From assembly GCA_948442255.1 (NCBI GenBank), contig CAOJRT010000005.1:533-64532 (forward strand): 64,000 nucleotides of DNA, written 5' to 3'. The stretch's first letter is position 1, and each line of letters opens with the position of its first letter. A program made the translations under genes and the position numbers. Below are positions 7,924 to 18,367 of the stretch, in pieces. Source of the DNA: an uncultured Bacillales bacterium. GTDB taxonomy: Bacteria > Bacillota_I > Bacilli_A > RF39 > UBA660. The notes beneath the pieces are model-generated. The model was not told the origin of the DNA and ran no database searches. It was given only the letters and a program-made list of their open reading frames with translations.

Positions 7924-9273
7924 ATGAAATTAAAGATATGTATCTTTATTAATAAATTATGCACAAAAATTCTAAAATTATGTAAACGTAATGGTAGTGT
8001 TTACCCTGGTTTTATTATTTATGATGTATTAAAACAAAAAAAGATATTAGAACATGTAAAATATCCCAAATATATAATTGCTGTAACTGGCTCCTCTGGA
8101 AAAGGTTCAACAGTTGATTTAATTCATAAAGTATTAACTGACAACGGATATGATGTATGTTATAACAAAAATGGTAGTAACGGGGTATTAGCTGCTGTTA
8201 CCTTAATACTAAATAACTGTAATCTAAAAGGTGAATTCACACACGATGTCTTACTTTTAGAATGTGATGAAAGACACTTAAAATTAATCTTTGGTCAAAA
8301 TAAGATGACTCATTTAGTAATCACCAACATTACAAGAGACCAGCCTGCTAGAAATGGACATCCAGACATTGTCTTTGAAGATATCAAAAAGGCAATTGGG
8401 GAAAAAACAACTTTAATAATCAATGCCGATGATCCAGAAGTTAATAGTTTAGCTTATTCTCATGAAAATAAATGTATCACTTTTGGCATTCTTAAAACTA
8501 AAGATAGTTATAGTAAAAGTAATTTAGTGGTTGATTACGCTTACTGTCCGTTTTGTCATAAAAAATTAGTCTACGATTATTATCATTATGGGCACTTAGG
8601 AAAATATCTTTGTCCAAATTGTCATTTTAATCGTGGAAACGTCTCGTATGAAGCTAGCGAAGTTGAATTAGACAAGGAAAAAATGAAAATCAACGGACAA
8701 GATATCACTCTAAACAAAGACGTTTTATATGCTGCTTATTATACAGTAGCCGCCTATGCTCTACTTGCCACTTTAGGAATAGAAGAAGAGAAAATCTTAA
8801 AAACCATCAATAATCAGCACTATGAAACAAAACGTGGAAAAACACTAACATTCGATAATCGAAAACTAACTATGTTAGAAACTAAAAATGAAAACAACCT
8901 AAGTTATTACCAATCTATAAAATACATTCAAAACCAAATTGGGAAAAAAACAATTATTTTAGGTTTTGATAATGTATCTAGAAGATACCAATTTAATGAC
9001 CTATCTTGGTTATGGGATGTAGAATTTGAATTATTAAATCATAAAAGTATTGACAAAATATTTATTATTGGAAGATTTCGATATGATATTATGACTCGTC
9101 TAGAATTTGCTCATATCGAGAAAGAGAAAATTGTTTTAATCGAAGACATAAATAATTTATTAGAGGAAGTCAAAACAATAAGTATAGGAGATATTTATAC
9201 CATGGTCTGCTTTGATATGACCACCAATATATTACATTTATTAAAGGAGTACGAAAATCATGAAAACAATTAA
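7924..9273 (+). CDS. murT: Lipid II isoglutaminyl synthase, Mur-ligase subunit MurT
   Basis: P-loop VTGSSGKGST, Cys4 ribbon CPFCHKKL..CPNCHF, and a C-terminal DUF1727-like DLSWLWDVEFE. An ATG at 7924 follows a GGTGA RBS (the ORF track starts at a GTG at 7915). Overlaps gatD. Confidence 0.9.
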   Translation: MKLKICIFINKLCTKILKLCKRNGSVYPGFIIYDVLKQKKILEHVKYPKYIIAVTGSSGKGSTVDLIHKVLTDNGYDVCYNKNGSNGVLAAVTLILNNCNLKGEFTHDVLLLECDERHLKLIFGQNKMTHLVITNITRDQPARNGHPDIVFEDIKKAIGEKTTLIINADDPEVNSLAYSHENKCITFGILKTKDSYSKSNLVVDYAYCPFCHKKLVYDYYHYGHLGKYLCPNCHFNRGNVSYEASEVELDKEKMKINGQDITLNKDVLYAAYYTVAAYALLATLGIEEEKILKTINNQHYETKRGKTLTFDNRKLTMLETKNENNLSYYQSIKYIQNQIGKKTIILGFDNVSRRYQFNDLSWLWDVEFELLNHKSIDKIFIIGRFRYDIMTRLEFAHIEKEKIVLIEDINNLLEEVKTISIGDIYTMVCFDMTTNILHLLKEYENHENN

Positions 9274-9976
9274 AATTGCTCACTTATATTATGATTTAAT
9301 GAATTTGTATGGAGAAAACGGGAATGTTAGGTTTTTACAAAGCAGATTAGAAAGACAAGGCTTCAAAGTCCAAATTCATTTTTTAACCATTGATGATAAA
9401 ATTGACTTTAACTCCTATGATATTTATTATATTGGAACAGGAAGTGAAAAAAACGAAAAAATCGTTTTAGAAGACATTTTAAAATATAAAAAAGAAATCA
9501 AAGCAGCCTTTTTAAAAAACAAGTTTTTCTTAATTACAGGAAACGCTTTAAATTTCTTTGGTACAAAAATACAAGAAAACGATAAAGAAACAAAAGCTTT
9601 AGATATTTTTCCATATATTTCTACAATTGAGGACTTCCGTATTGTTGGCGAACAAAGATATCTTGATAGAAATGGAAAAGAAATCATTGGCTTTAATAAT
9701 CGAAACTGTATTACCGATATAAAAGAAAATCATCTATTTACTAAAATAATGGGTTGTGGTTGTAACCCAAATAGTCAAAAGGAAGGAATACATGAAAAAA
9801 ACTTTTATGGCACCTACTTACTCGGCCCTCTGCTCGTGAGAAATCCTCACTTTTGTGACAAATTGGTAAAAGAACTATGTAGGACTTATGAAGTTCCATT
9901 TAAAGAGCCAGATAGGGACGATGTTTCTTATATAGCTTACGAAAGATATTTAAATAATTTCCCTAAAAAAAGCTAA
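9260..9976 (+). CDS. gatD: Lipid II isoglutaminyl synthase, glutaminase subunit GatD (CobQ-type amidotransferase)
   Basis: IAHLYYDLMNLYGENGN start, CobB/CobQ GATase-like pattern, and a 14-nt overlap with murT as in known murT-gatD operons. Confidence 0.88.
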   Translation: MKTIKIAHLYYDLMNLYGENGNVRFLQSRLERQGFKVQIHFLTIDDKIDFNSYDIYYIGTGSEKNEKIVLEDILKYKKEIKAAFLKNKFFLITGNALNFFGTKIQENDKETKALDIFPYISTIEDFRIVGEQRYLDRNGKEIIGFNNRNCITDIKENHLFTKIMGCGCNPNSQKEGIHEKNFYGTYLLGPLLVRNPHFCDKLVKELCRTYEVPFKEPDRDDVSYIAYERYLNNFPKKS

Positions 9977-9994
9977 CTCTTGCTAGCTTTTTTC
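9965..9994. terminator. Bidirectional hairpin shared by convergent gatD and queH
   Basis: AAAAAAGCTA-actcttgc-TAGCTTTTTT. The two stop codons overlap by 4 nt inside the left arm of this stem. Confidence 0.55.
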
Positions 9995-10614
9995 TTTTGT
10001 TCTTCTCTTTCTATTTTAGAATAAACACATCCACAGTAATCTTGTCTATATAAACCATATTCCTTCGCCATCTGAATACTTTCATAATATCCATTCTTCT
10101 TTTTAAAATCAGAATATAAAAAAGGAACTTCATACTCTTTTTCTAAAGACTTACCAATTTGATTTAATATTTGACTATCTTTTAAAGGACTTATGGTTAA
10201 CGTTGTACCAAAATAATCATACCCAAGTTTTTTGGCTAACTGAGCTGTCTTAGAAAGGCGGAGCGTATAACAAGCAAAACATCGTTCTCCTCCTTCAGGG
10301 CATTTTTCTAAACCTTTTACCCTGGCATGATATAATGTATTATCATAATCTGTATCTACAATATCTAAAGTGTGTTCGTGCGGAAATTCGTTTATAAAGC
10401 GAATTTCTTCTTGTTTTCTTTTTTCGTATTCCTCTCTTGGCTCAATATTTGGATTATAATACAATATCGTTATATGAAAAAAAGGTGTTAATGTTTTAAT
10501 ACAATGTGTCGAACAAGGAGCACAACAGCTATGTAGTAAAATATGAGGAATATTTCCTCTTTTTTGTTCTTCTAAAATAGTATTTTCCATTACCTCATTA
10601 TAATTCATACTCAA
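9973..10614 (-). CDS. queH: Epoxyqueuosine reductase QueH (DUF208)
   Basis: HSCCAPCS and C-terminal DYCGCVYS cysteine motifs, characteristic of QueH. Confidence 0.85.
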   Translation of the reverse strand: MSMNYNEVMENTILEEQKRGNIPHILLHSCCAPCSTHCIKTLTPFFHITILYYNPNIEPREEYEKRKQEEIRFINEFPHEHTLDIVDTDYDNTLYHARVKGLEKCPEGGERCFACYTLRLSKTAQLAKKLGYDYFGTTLTISPLKDSQILNQIGKSLEKEYEVPFLYSDFKKKNGYYESIQMAKEYGLYRQDYCGCVYSKIEREEQKKKASKS

Positions 10615-10615
10615 T

Positions 10616-11386
10616 CTACTCCACTTTATCCTCTTCTGGAATCTCTTCTTTTTCTTTATAAATTTCGAAATAAATATTATCTTCTGTGATTGTATCTAAG
10701 TAAAGAGTGCCCTTATTCTGGTCCATTCCCAAAGAAGCATATATCTTTGTATACTCATTTAATTTCTTGATATTAACTGTATCTATTAAAACTGTATTTA
10801 AATCATTCATATGCAATGTAAACCTTGTTGCATCCACAATGACTCCTTCTGTACTTTTATAAGGATTATACTCTATTTCATTAATCATTTTAATAATATT
10901 TTGATCAATTTTAGATAGTCCTTTTACTAATTCATCAAAAATAGTATCAGGAGTAAAGTTAATTAACGTAGGATATCCATACACATTCTCTTTTATATCA
11001 ACAGAATCCCCATTCTTCGTAATATATTTATTATTGTATTTATAAAAGAACAAAATTTCTGTCTCTTTAACCTCTAAAGTTAGTTTCCCAAAAATACTCT
11101 TCTTTATCTTAACTGACTCAATAAGAGGCAAACTCTCAATATTTTCTTTCACCTTTTTATTACGTAATCGATAAAGTTTCGGGTAATCTTCCACTCCTGC
11201 TTTTTCAATAATTTCAATATCTTTTGTATAGATATTTCCCTTTATATAAATATTTTTTATATCCAATTGATAGAAATAAAATGCCCCTATAAAAAAGACA
11301 AAAAACACACCTAGAATTTTTAGTGCTACTTTTACATTACTTCTCATTTGTAATTTTTTCTTTTTTATATTGGCCCTTTTATTCAT
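10616..11386 (-). CDS. divIB: Cell division protein DivIB/FtsQ
   Basis: Basic N-terminus, a single TM helix (ILGVFFVFFIGAFYFY) and a POTRA-like IKNIYIKGN..DIEIIEKAGV, located after murB. ATG at 11386, 5 nt after the murB stop. Confidence 0.8.
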   Translation of the reverse strand: MNKRANIKKKKLQMRSNVKVALKILGVFFVFFIGAFYFYQLDIKNIYIKGNIYTKDIEIIEKAGVEDYPKLYRLRNKKVKENIESLPLIESVKIKKSIFGKLTLEVKETEILFFYKYNNKYITKNGDSVDIKENVYGYPTLINFTPDTIFDELVKGLSKIDQNIIKMINEIEYNPYKSTEGVIVDATRFTLHMNDLNTVLIDTVNIKKLNEYTKIYASLGMDQNKGTLYLDTITEDNIYFEIYKEKEEIPEEDKVE

Positions 11387-11391
11387 TATTT

Positions 11392-12288
11392 CTACTCCCA
11401 ATCAATAAACTCTTGTTCTACTTTTAAATCAACGGTTGTTTTTTCTTTTACAACATCATGCACGTAATGAATCAACTGGTAAACATCTTTACTCGTCGCA
11501 TTATTTTTATTAATAATAAAATTAGCATGTTTTGTAGAAACTTCTGCTCCTCCTAATTGGTATCCTTTTAAGCCACAGGCTTCAATCAAGCGCCCTGCAA
11601 AATCTCCTTCTGGATTTCGAAATACGGAACCAGCCGAAGGATAAGCAAGAGGTTGTGCTTCTAGGCGACGAACTCTTCTTTCTTCCATCATAAGAAGTGA
11701 ATTCTCTCTATCTCCATGTTTCAAAAAGAATTTAGCTCCTACAATTATATACCCCTTATTTTCTTTAAACATACTCGTTCGGTAACCGTAAGAAATCTCT
11801 TCGTGTTCAAGTGTTTTAATATCTAAATTTTCATCAATAACAGTAACCGAAGTTACATAATCCATAATACAAGAATTATAAGCCCCTGCATTCCCTGCTA
11901 TAGAACCTCCTATAGTACCAGGAATACCATAAGCAAACTCTAAACCAGTTAAGGAAGCCTCTACACTTTCCTTTACTAGTTTAGGAAGCATAACACCTGC
12001 TTCTGCATAAGCCATTTGCATATCGGCATTAATTTGAATTCCACATAAGTTTCCTAAACGAATAACAACTCCATTATATTCTCTATCATTTAAGATAATG
12101 TTAGAACCATTCCCAAGGATAAAATATTTCTCTTGATTTTTCTTAATCACTTTTAATCCTTCTACTAAATCAGTAATAGAATGAGGAGAGAATAAGACTT
12201 TAGCAGTCCCCCCTATTTTATAAGTATTTAGATTTCTTAATGATGCATGTAAAACTACTTCTCCTAAAGCCTCTAACTCTTTTATCAT
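11392..12288 (-). CDS. murB: UDP-N-acetylenolpyruvoylglucosamine reductase MurB
   Basis: NTYKIGG, ILGNGSN, PSAGSVFRNP and GGAEVSTKHANFIIN motifs. ATGA overlap with murG. Confidence 0.93.
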   Translation of the reverse strand: MIKELEALGEVVLHASLRNLNTYKIGGTAKVLFSPHSITDLVEGLKVIKKNQEKYFILGNGSNIILNDREYNGVVIRLGNLCGIQINADMQMAYAEAGVMLPKLVKESVEASLTGLEFAYGIPGTIGGSIAGNAGAYNSCIMDYVTSVTVIDENLDIKTLEHEEISYGYRTSMFKENKGYIIVGAKFFLKHGDRENSLLMMEERRVRRLEAQPLAYPSAGSVFRNPEGDFAGRLIEACGLKGYQLGGAEVSTKHANFIINKNNATSKDVYQLIHYVHDVVKEKTTVDLKVEQEFIDWE

Positions 12289-13370
12289 TTTATCAAATCC
12301 TTTATTTTCTTGTAAATAACATCCCCACTATTATTCATACTCATTTTACGCAAACTTTCTTTCATAGAAGAATAAAGTGCAGGGTTGTTAAGCACTCCAT
12401 TAATTTTATGCATTAATGCGTCCGATGTCAAATATTTTTCTTCAATCATGTCTCCACCACCCGCATTTTTTACTTCTAAAGCATTAAAATATTGATGATT
12501 ATTTGCTACATAAGGGGAAGGAATAAAGATAGCTGGTAATGCTAAAGAGAAAATCTCACTCATTGTGGAAGCTCCTGCTCTTGTAACAATTAAATCTGCA
12601 CTTTTTAATAAAGCAGGCAAATTATCAACGAACGGAACTACCTTTACATTAGTAGGAAACTTTTCTTCTTTAATAAAAGCATCATATAAATTCTTTCCTG
12701 TAATATATAAAACTTCATAGTTTTCCTTTTTAACTTGCTTTAAAAACTCTTTCATTTTTTCATTCATAGTCTGAGATCCCAAACTTCCAGCTACTACAAT
12801 CACCAATTTTTTATCTTTATGAAATCCAAGTGTTGTTTTATCTTGAGGTGGTGTATGAAGAGCGCTCTCTCCGCAAGGATTTCCAGCATAGAAAACTTTC
12901 CCTTTAGCATGGTTAAAATAAGGAATTGACTCTTTAAAAGAAACTCCTACTAAATCTGCTTTTTTCTGTAATAATAAATTAGATTTACCTGGATGCGAAT
13001 TTTGTTCATGAATAAATGTTTTTATTCCCAATTTAGAAGCAGCCCATATAACTGGATAAGTCACATACCCACCAAGTCCTAAGACAATATCAGGTTGAAA
13101 ATCCTTTATAATCTGCAAACACTTCTTTTTAGCCTTTTGTATACAAAACATATTTTTTACATCTAAAAATAAATCTCTTTTAGAAAAACCATATATCTCT
13201 AGTTCTTCATAACGAATCCCCTTTTTAGGGACGATATCTTTCTCCATACGATTGTGTGTTCCTATATATAATACTTCTACATGTTCTTCTTTTTCTTTAA
13301 ATTTATTTATAATAGCAAGGGCTGGATAAATATGTCCGCCTGTCCCTCCTGCTGAAACAATAATTTTCAT
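12285..13370 (-). CDS. murG: Lipid II glycosyltransferase MurG
   Basis: SAGGTGGHIYPALA N-terminus, TRAGASTMSE and NHQYFNA motifs. Confidence 0.93.
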   Translation of the reverse strand: MKIIVSAGGTGGHIYPALAIINKFKEKEEHVEVLYIGTHNRMEKDIVPKKGIRYEELEIYGFSKRDLFLDVKNMFCIQKAKKKCLQIIKDFQPDIVLGLGGYVTYPVIWAASKLGIKTFIHEQNSHPGKSNLLLQKKADLVGVSFKESIPYFNHAKGKVFYAGNPCGESALHTPPQDKTTLGFHKDKKLVIVVAGSLGSQTMNEKMKEFLKQVKKENYEVLYITGKNLYDAFIKEEKFPTNVKVVPFVDNLPALLKSADLIVTRAGASTMSEIFSLALPAIFIPSPYVANNHQYFNALEVKNAGGGDMIEEKYLTSDALMHKINGVLNNPALYSSMKESLRKMSMNNSGDVIYKKIKDLIK

Positions 13371-13536
13371 GCAATCACCTAATATAATTATACTATACTA
13401 TTCTTTTTTTTTTACAAATATTCTCTTTTTAAGACGTAAATCGACTGTCTTTTTTTCTATTTCTAATTTTCAATAGAAGAATTTGCTTTTTTAAATTTTT
13501 GATGTTAGTATACAACCCAACAAAGGAGGAAAAGCT

Positions 13537-14520
13537 ATGGAAAAAAATACAACCAACGCTTTGTTAAAAGGAATTATAGATAAAGTAGATAGTCTATGTA
13601 AAAAGAAATCCTATCCTCCAAGCCTTTTAAATTATTTATATTTAATTGCTTATGGCATGATAAGTACTTATGGAACAGATTATAGTGATCTTATTTATAC
13701 AACTATTGAAGAAATTGAACTCCTTTTAGGATATGAGGCTTTAAATAAACAAAATAGTAAAGAAATAATTGAATCTGCCATGACATTTACATCTAACCAT
13801 AAAGATGCTTTTGTCTTACGAAAAGTCACAAAAAAAGAACACTCTTATGAAGTGCAAAAACAAATCTGTATTCTTTATGATTTCGAAAAAGAACCAAAGA
13901 TAAATCCTATTTTTATTTTAGAGTTTTTAGCTCATGAATATAATCGTAGTTTAACAAGTGTTAAAAGAAGCTTTTTCTACTTAAATGATAATCTAGCTTG
14001 TCGTTGTGGGTTATATCGTTATGTATTAGCTCAAAATAGCCAAGCTTACGCAAGTGGAAAAATAATAAGCGAAGTCGTTAATACTTTGCAAACAGAAGAT
14101 ATCATAAAAGAAATTCTAGCTTTAGACTATCATGATATAAAATATTCAGGCATTACTTCTATTTTGAAAGCTCTTTCTCTTTTATCTCCTGAAACATATG
14201 CCAGTACAAGATTTGCTAATGAAACCGCTTTATATCGAGATTTATACAATATTCCCACTTATAAAGAATTTATTAATACTAATATTTTAGAAGGAGATAT
14301 TGATGCCATTATCAATGATTTTGATGGAACGGTTGGTGCAAATGCCTTTGATGCATTCACTACTTTGTATGAAGAATATAATGCATCTTTAAAAAGAGGC
14401 GGAGAAAACAATTGGCAGAAGGAAGATGTTGCAATAACAGCTGCTCTTGCACAAAAAGGAAAAAGTATTATTTCTCTTTATACAGAAAAAAAATATCCAT
14501 GCATAAAGTATGATGTATAA
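13537..14520 (+). CDS. Hypothetical soluble protein (327 aa)
   Basis: Strong RBS (AAAGGAGGA). Long ORF in AT-rich DNA, mostly helical-looking, no motif recognised. Confidence 0.6.
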   Translation: MEKNTTNALLKGIIDKVDSLCKKKSYPPSLLNYLYLIAYGMISTYGTDYSDLIYTTIEEIELLLGYEALNKQNSKEIIESAMTFTSNHKDAFVLRKVTKKEHSYEVQKQICILYDFEKEPKINPIFILEFLAHEYNRSLTSVKRSFFYLNDNLACRCGLYRYVLAQNSQAYASGKIISEVVNTLQTEDIIKEILALDYHDIKYSGITSILKALSLLSPETYASTRFANETALYRDLYNIPTYKEFINTNILEGDIDAIINDFDGTVGANAFDAFTTLYEEYNASLKRGGENNWQKEDVAITAALAQKGKSIISLYTEKKYPCIKYDV

Positions 14521-14530
14521 TGGATATTTT

Positions 14531-16417
14531 TTATTGATCATTAATATGTTTAATAGCATCATCAGTAATTTCATAAAGTTCTTGAGGTAAAGGAGCAAAA
14601 GAGATGCTCTTTTTCTCATTATTTAAATATTTCCGAAAAACTCTTTCCAGTTCTATTTTTTCAATAGGTTTAGCTAAATAATCAGCAAACCCTTCTTTAA
14701 TATATTTATCTCGCATACCCTCAATAGCATTCGCTGTCAGGGCAATAACTCTTGTATCAAACTCAGGTATTTCTTGTAAAAGGTGTAATGTTTCTGTCCC
14801 AGATAACTTAGGCATCATATCATCCATAAAAATGAGATCATATGTTTTGCCAGCTTTTAATAGATACAAGCACTCGTCCCCACTAGTACAAGATTCTACT
14901 ATAAGACCATAACCTTTAAATAAACGTTCTGCCACTTTTATATTTAAAGCATTATCATCTACAAGTAAAACCCTTTTGTTAGTCAAAAGAAGTTCTGCCT
15001 CTTCCTTTTCAAACTCTTTAACTTTCTTTTCCACTATTTTTTGTTTTATATAAAAAGTAAATTTAGAACCACTACCAAAGACAGACTGTACAACTATTCT
15101 ACCTCCTAGCATTTCAACCAACTTTTTCGTAATAGCAAGTCCTAACCCCACTCCTTCAATCGTTGTATTCTTGTCTTCTTCTAATCTTTCAAATTTATTA
15201 AACAGCTTATCTATTTTTTCTGGTTTTATCCCACGCCCTGTATCTTCAACAGATACTACAAGAGAGGATTCATCATTTTTATTAATACAATTAACAGAAA
15301 AAGTAATTACTCCCTCATCTGTATATTTTACTGCATTTGTTAAAAGATTTGTGATAACTTCTTTCATTTTTCCTTTATCACCATATAAGAAATCTGGGAT
15401 ATCAGGAGCTAGAGAAAGCCGAAGTTCTACTTGCTTCTCCCCTATCCTTGGTTTTACTAATTTTACTAAAGTTTCACACTCTTCCTTTAAATTATATTCT
15501 CCATTAATAATTTCCATCTTATTCGCTTCAATTTTAGAGATATCCAAAATACCATTCACTATTTCTAAAAGATTCTCTGATGCTAAGATAATATCTTTAG
15601 CATCTTCTTTTGCTGCCTCCATAGTATCTTCCTCTAAAATAGCATTGCTAAATCCTACAATAGCATTAAGAGGTGTACGAATTTCATGAGACATACTAGA
15701 TAAAAAATCTGTCTTAGCCGTATTCGCTTTTTCTGCTTGATTTTTTGCAAGTTCTACTTGATTTAACATTTTTACATCAGGATTTTCCATGGTAAAATAC
15801 ATAACTAACAATACAAAAGCAACGATATAAGATTCTGTAATTAACTCAGGAAAATGCAATCGCAAAAGGAATCCAAAGATAAAGAAAACAAGAAAGACAA
15901 TAAAAGGTATACTTTTCTTAAAATTTCCCTTGTCTTTTACTAAATTAAGTACAATCAAAATTAGTATACTAATAAAATCAAATAGAATTCCCACCATAGC
16001 CGCTTCATAGGAAAGCCCTCCTACGTCTAAAACGCCATCAAAAATAATTACATCCACAGGAAGAATAAATACACATCCTACAAGACCAATTATAAAAATT
16101 AAAACAATAAAAGATAATATCTTTTTTGTCGTTTCTTTCAACTGATTAATTGCCAAGCAATATAAATATAATAAAAAACTAATAATGACTAATAAAGACA
16201 AATGGACCTTTTGCATCAATCCCGTTAAAAAAATATTACCATTTAATTGGGAAAACAAATAAACAACCAAAGCATTTAAAGAAAAAATTAAATTGCTAGT
16301 AATCATCCATTTATATAATGTTACTTCATGGTTATTAATATTTTTTTTGCTAAAAAAAATGATAAAAAGAAATAGACTGATTGTTAAAGCAGTTCCTGGC
16401 AACCATACACCACTCAT
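14531..16417 (-). CDS. Hybrid sensor histidine kinase / response regulator (polytopic sensor-HisKA-HATPase-REC)
   Basis: About 6-7 N-terminal TM helices, H-box SHEIRTPLNAIVGF, G-boxes DTGRGI and GVGLGLAI, and a C-terminal REC (VLLVDDNALN..FMDDMMP..KP). Confidence 0.9.
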   Translation of the reverse strand: MSGVWLPGTALTISLFLFIIFFSKKNINNHEVTLYKWMITSNLIFSLNALVVYLFSQLNGNIFLTGLMQKVHLSLLVIISFLLYLYCLAINQLKETTKKILSFIVLIFIIGLVGCVFILPVDVIIFDGVLDVGGLSYEAAMVGILFDFISILILIVLNLVKDKGNFKKSIPFIVFLVFFIFGFLLRLHFPELITESYIVAFVLLVMYFTMENPDVKMLNQVELAKNQAEKANTAKTDFLSSMSHEIRTPLNAIVGFSNAILEEDTMEAAKEDAKDIILASENLLEIVNGILDISKIEANKMEIINGEYNLKEECETLVKLVKPRIGEKQVELRLSLAPDIPDFLYGDKGKMKEVITNLLTNAVKYTDEGVITFSVNCINKNDESSLVVSVEDTGRGIKPEKIDKLFNKFERLEEDKNTTIEGVGLGLAITKKLVEMLGGRIVVQSVFGSGSKFTFYIKQKIVEKKVKEFEKEEAELLLTNKRVLLVDDNALNIKVAERLFKGYGLIVESCTSGDECLYLLKAGKTYDLIFMDDMMPKLSGTETLHLLQEIPEFDTRVIALTANAIEGMRDKYIKEGFADYLAKPIEKIELERVFRKYLNNEKKSISFAPLPQELYEITDDAIKHINDQ

Positions 16418-16446
16418 ACTACCACCTCTATTATTAGAATACCATC

Positions 16447-17436
16447 TTAATTACATTTTTTCAACAAATGTTTCACCATACCTTTATCCATTTCTCTTCT
16501 TAAAATTGTACTAGGAGATAAATCTGTTTTTGGTTTATATTGTGTATTTTCTATTTCTTCAATTGTATAGCCATTTTCTGTATCATACATAATAGAATTT
16601 ATAAAATCTGCATAAGCAAATAACCAATCTTTATCCAGTAAAGCTCTCTTTGTTTGCCCTTTTTTCTCCCATATTCTCCATTTTAAATCCATCATTTTTT
16701 GTCTTACTTCTCTCGCAATCCCAGCAGCATCCTCTACATTTGCACCTTGGATATTCATGTTTTCTCCAATATTTACATAATAGCGTTTTAAAAATTGCCC
16801 CCGATATTGCTCTATTGCTACAGGTACAATATCAGCATTCGTTTTAATCGCTCTTCTAATAGGAGCAGGATTTATATCACCTACAGGATAGACAGGATCC
16901 AAATGCCAAGCCTGTTCAGGAAAAGAAAGCTCATTTCCTCCTTGTGACAAAATCTTTGTCTGCCTAACATTAACTGTATGAGCATCTAGTTTTAACTCTT
17001 GGATTAATGCTTCATCTAAATTTTCATAGTCATTTTCCAACATATCAAACCAGCTTACTCCATTAAGACGTAAAATAAGACCATTTAAGTCAATATAAGT
17101 CTTCCCAGGATTACCCATAATAAACCAAGCACTTTCTCCAATAGAGGAAAGAGCACTTTCAATATCATATCTCCCTATATGCGTACATAGATACATTTTA
17201 GGCCTATCATTTAATATATGTTGATCTCCAATAATTTTCACAGTCCTTCGAGAAAATAGTTTATCTAAAAATAAAATAAAACGAATTAAAAAATAAATTT
17301 TTTTTCGCAAGCTTATACCCTCAACAGGTAAATCTTGCATCATTTCGTATTTACGATATTCTCGATAATATTTATTTAATTCAAAAAGAGCCATTTTTCT
17401 TTGTTCCCAAAAATTTTTCTTTTCAAAAGCCTCCAT
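16447..17436 (-). CDS. PlsC/LPLAT-family acyltransferase
   Basis: HX4D motif in CTHIGRYDIE, ~330 aa. An ATG at 17436 follows an AGAGGA RBS (the ORF track extends to 17499). Confidence 0.6.
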   Translation of the reverse strand: MEAFEKKNFWEQRKMALFELNKYYREYRKYEMMQDLPVEGISLRKKIYFLIRFILFLDKLFSRRTVKIIGDQHILNDRPKMYLCTHIGRYDIESALSSIGESAWFIMGNPGKTYIDLNGLILRLNGVSWFDMLENDYENLDEALIQELKLDAHTVNVRQTKILSQGGNELSFPEQAWHLDPVYPVGDINPAPIRRAIKTNADIVPVAIEQYRGQFLKRYYVNIGENMNIQGANVEDAAGIAREVRQKMMDLKWRIWEKKGQTKRALLDKDWLFAYADFINSIMYDTENGYTIEEIENTQYKPKTDLSPSTILRREMDKGMVKHLLKKCN

Positions 17437-17517
17437 AGTTTTTCCTCTTTTCACATATTCATTATAGCATTTAAAAATTCTTTTACCAAATTTTACCAAA
17501 TAAAAAGTAGAAAAAAG

Positions 17518-18330
17518 CTATTTAGAGTAACTTATCGTCTTTTCTACTACTTCCTTAATTTTCTGTTCACTAAAAGGCTTATTAATCATATCGACAATCG
17601 GATAAGTAAATGCTTTATGAATCGCTTCAGTAGAAGAGTCTCCACTAATAATCGTAACAGGCATTTTTAAAAATAAGTCCGCCTGATTTAAATACTCTAA
17701 AACCGCAAAGCCATCTACTTTAGGCATATTAAGGTCTAAAAGAATTGCTTTAATCTTTCCATCTTTTTCGTGCTCTTTAATAATATTTAGAGCTTCTTCT
17801 CCATTAGAAGCAAAAGAAAGTTCATAATTCGCATCAAATATCTTCTTTACAAAAATGCGAATAACTTCTGAATCATCGGCAACTAGAATAATATCTTCTG
17901 TATTTAGTGTCTCTACTTCACTATCAATCGTTGTCACATTTACAGGAGTAAACCCTTCCTCTTCTATATCCGCCCCATAAATATATTCATTGGTCATACC
18001 TTTTACATGCTTAATTTCATCTAACAAGGTAGAATAATATTGTTTCACAAATGCATAATGATTTGCTTTACTTTCTAGTTCATGTTGGTACGCAATATCC
18101 GCAAGTTTCATAAATCCTAAATATTTACAATCACTTTTTAATGAATGTACATAAATAGCATAATTAGGCATATCTGCCCTTTGATAATATTCCTCTATAA
18201 GACGAACTTTTTCTTCTAATCCTTTTTGAAATTCCAATATAGTATCATTGTAAGTATCTATATCACCAAGTAACTCTAAAGCATGATTTATATCGACTCC
18301 CTTACTCTTCAAATATTCTATACTTCTCAT
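17518..18330 (-). CDS. Hpt-REC phosphorelay protein (histidine phosphotransfer domain fused to a receiver)
   Basis: Hpt signature VHSLKSDCKYLG in the N-terminal four-helix-like region. The C-terminal REC has VADDSE, LLDLNMP and INKPF. No output domain. Confidence 0.8.
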   Translation of the reverse strand: MRSIEYLKSKGVDINHALELLGDIDTYNDTILEFQKGLEEKVRLIEEYYQRADMPNYAIYVHSLKSDCKYLGFMKLADIAYQHELESKANHYAFVKQYYSTLLDEIKHVKGMTNEYIYGADIEEEGFTPVNVTTIDSEVETLNTEDIILVADDSEVIRIFVKKIFDANYELSFASNGEEALNIIKEHEKDGKIKAILLDLNMPKVDGFAVLEYLNQADLFLKMPVTIISGDSSTEAIHKAFTYPIVDMINKPFSEQKIKEVVEKTISYSK

Positions 18331-18367
18331 TTTAATCACCTATCCTTGTTTTATCATATAAAAAGTT

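Noticed and set aside
15171-15689. 172-aa plus-strand ORF antisense to the hybrid kinase at 14531..16417, with a matching 141-aa antisense ORF (19515..19940) at the homologous position of the paralogous kinase
   Set aside because: Both are Ser/Ile/Phe-rich mirror frames of the conserved HisKA/HATPase coding sequence and have no RBS. Their apparent conservation is explained by conservation of the sense strand in two paralogues.
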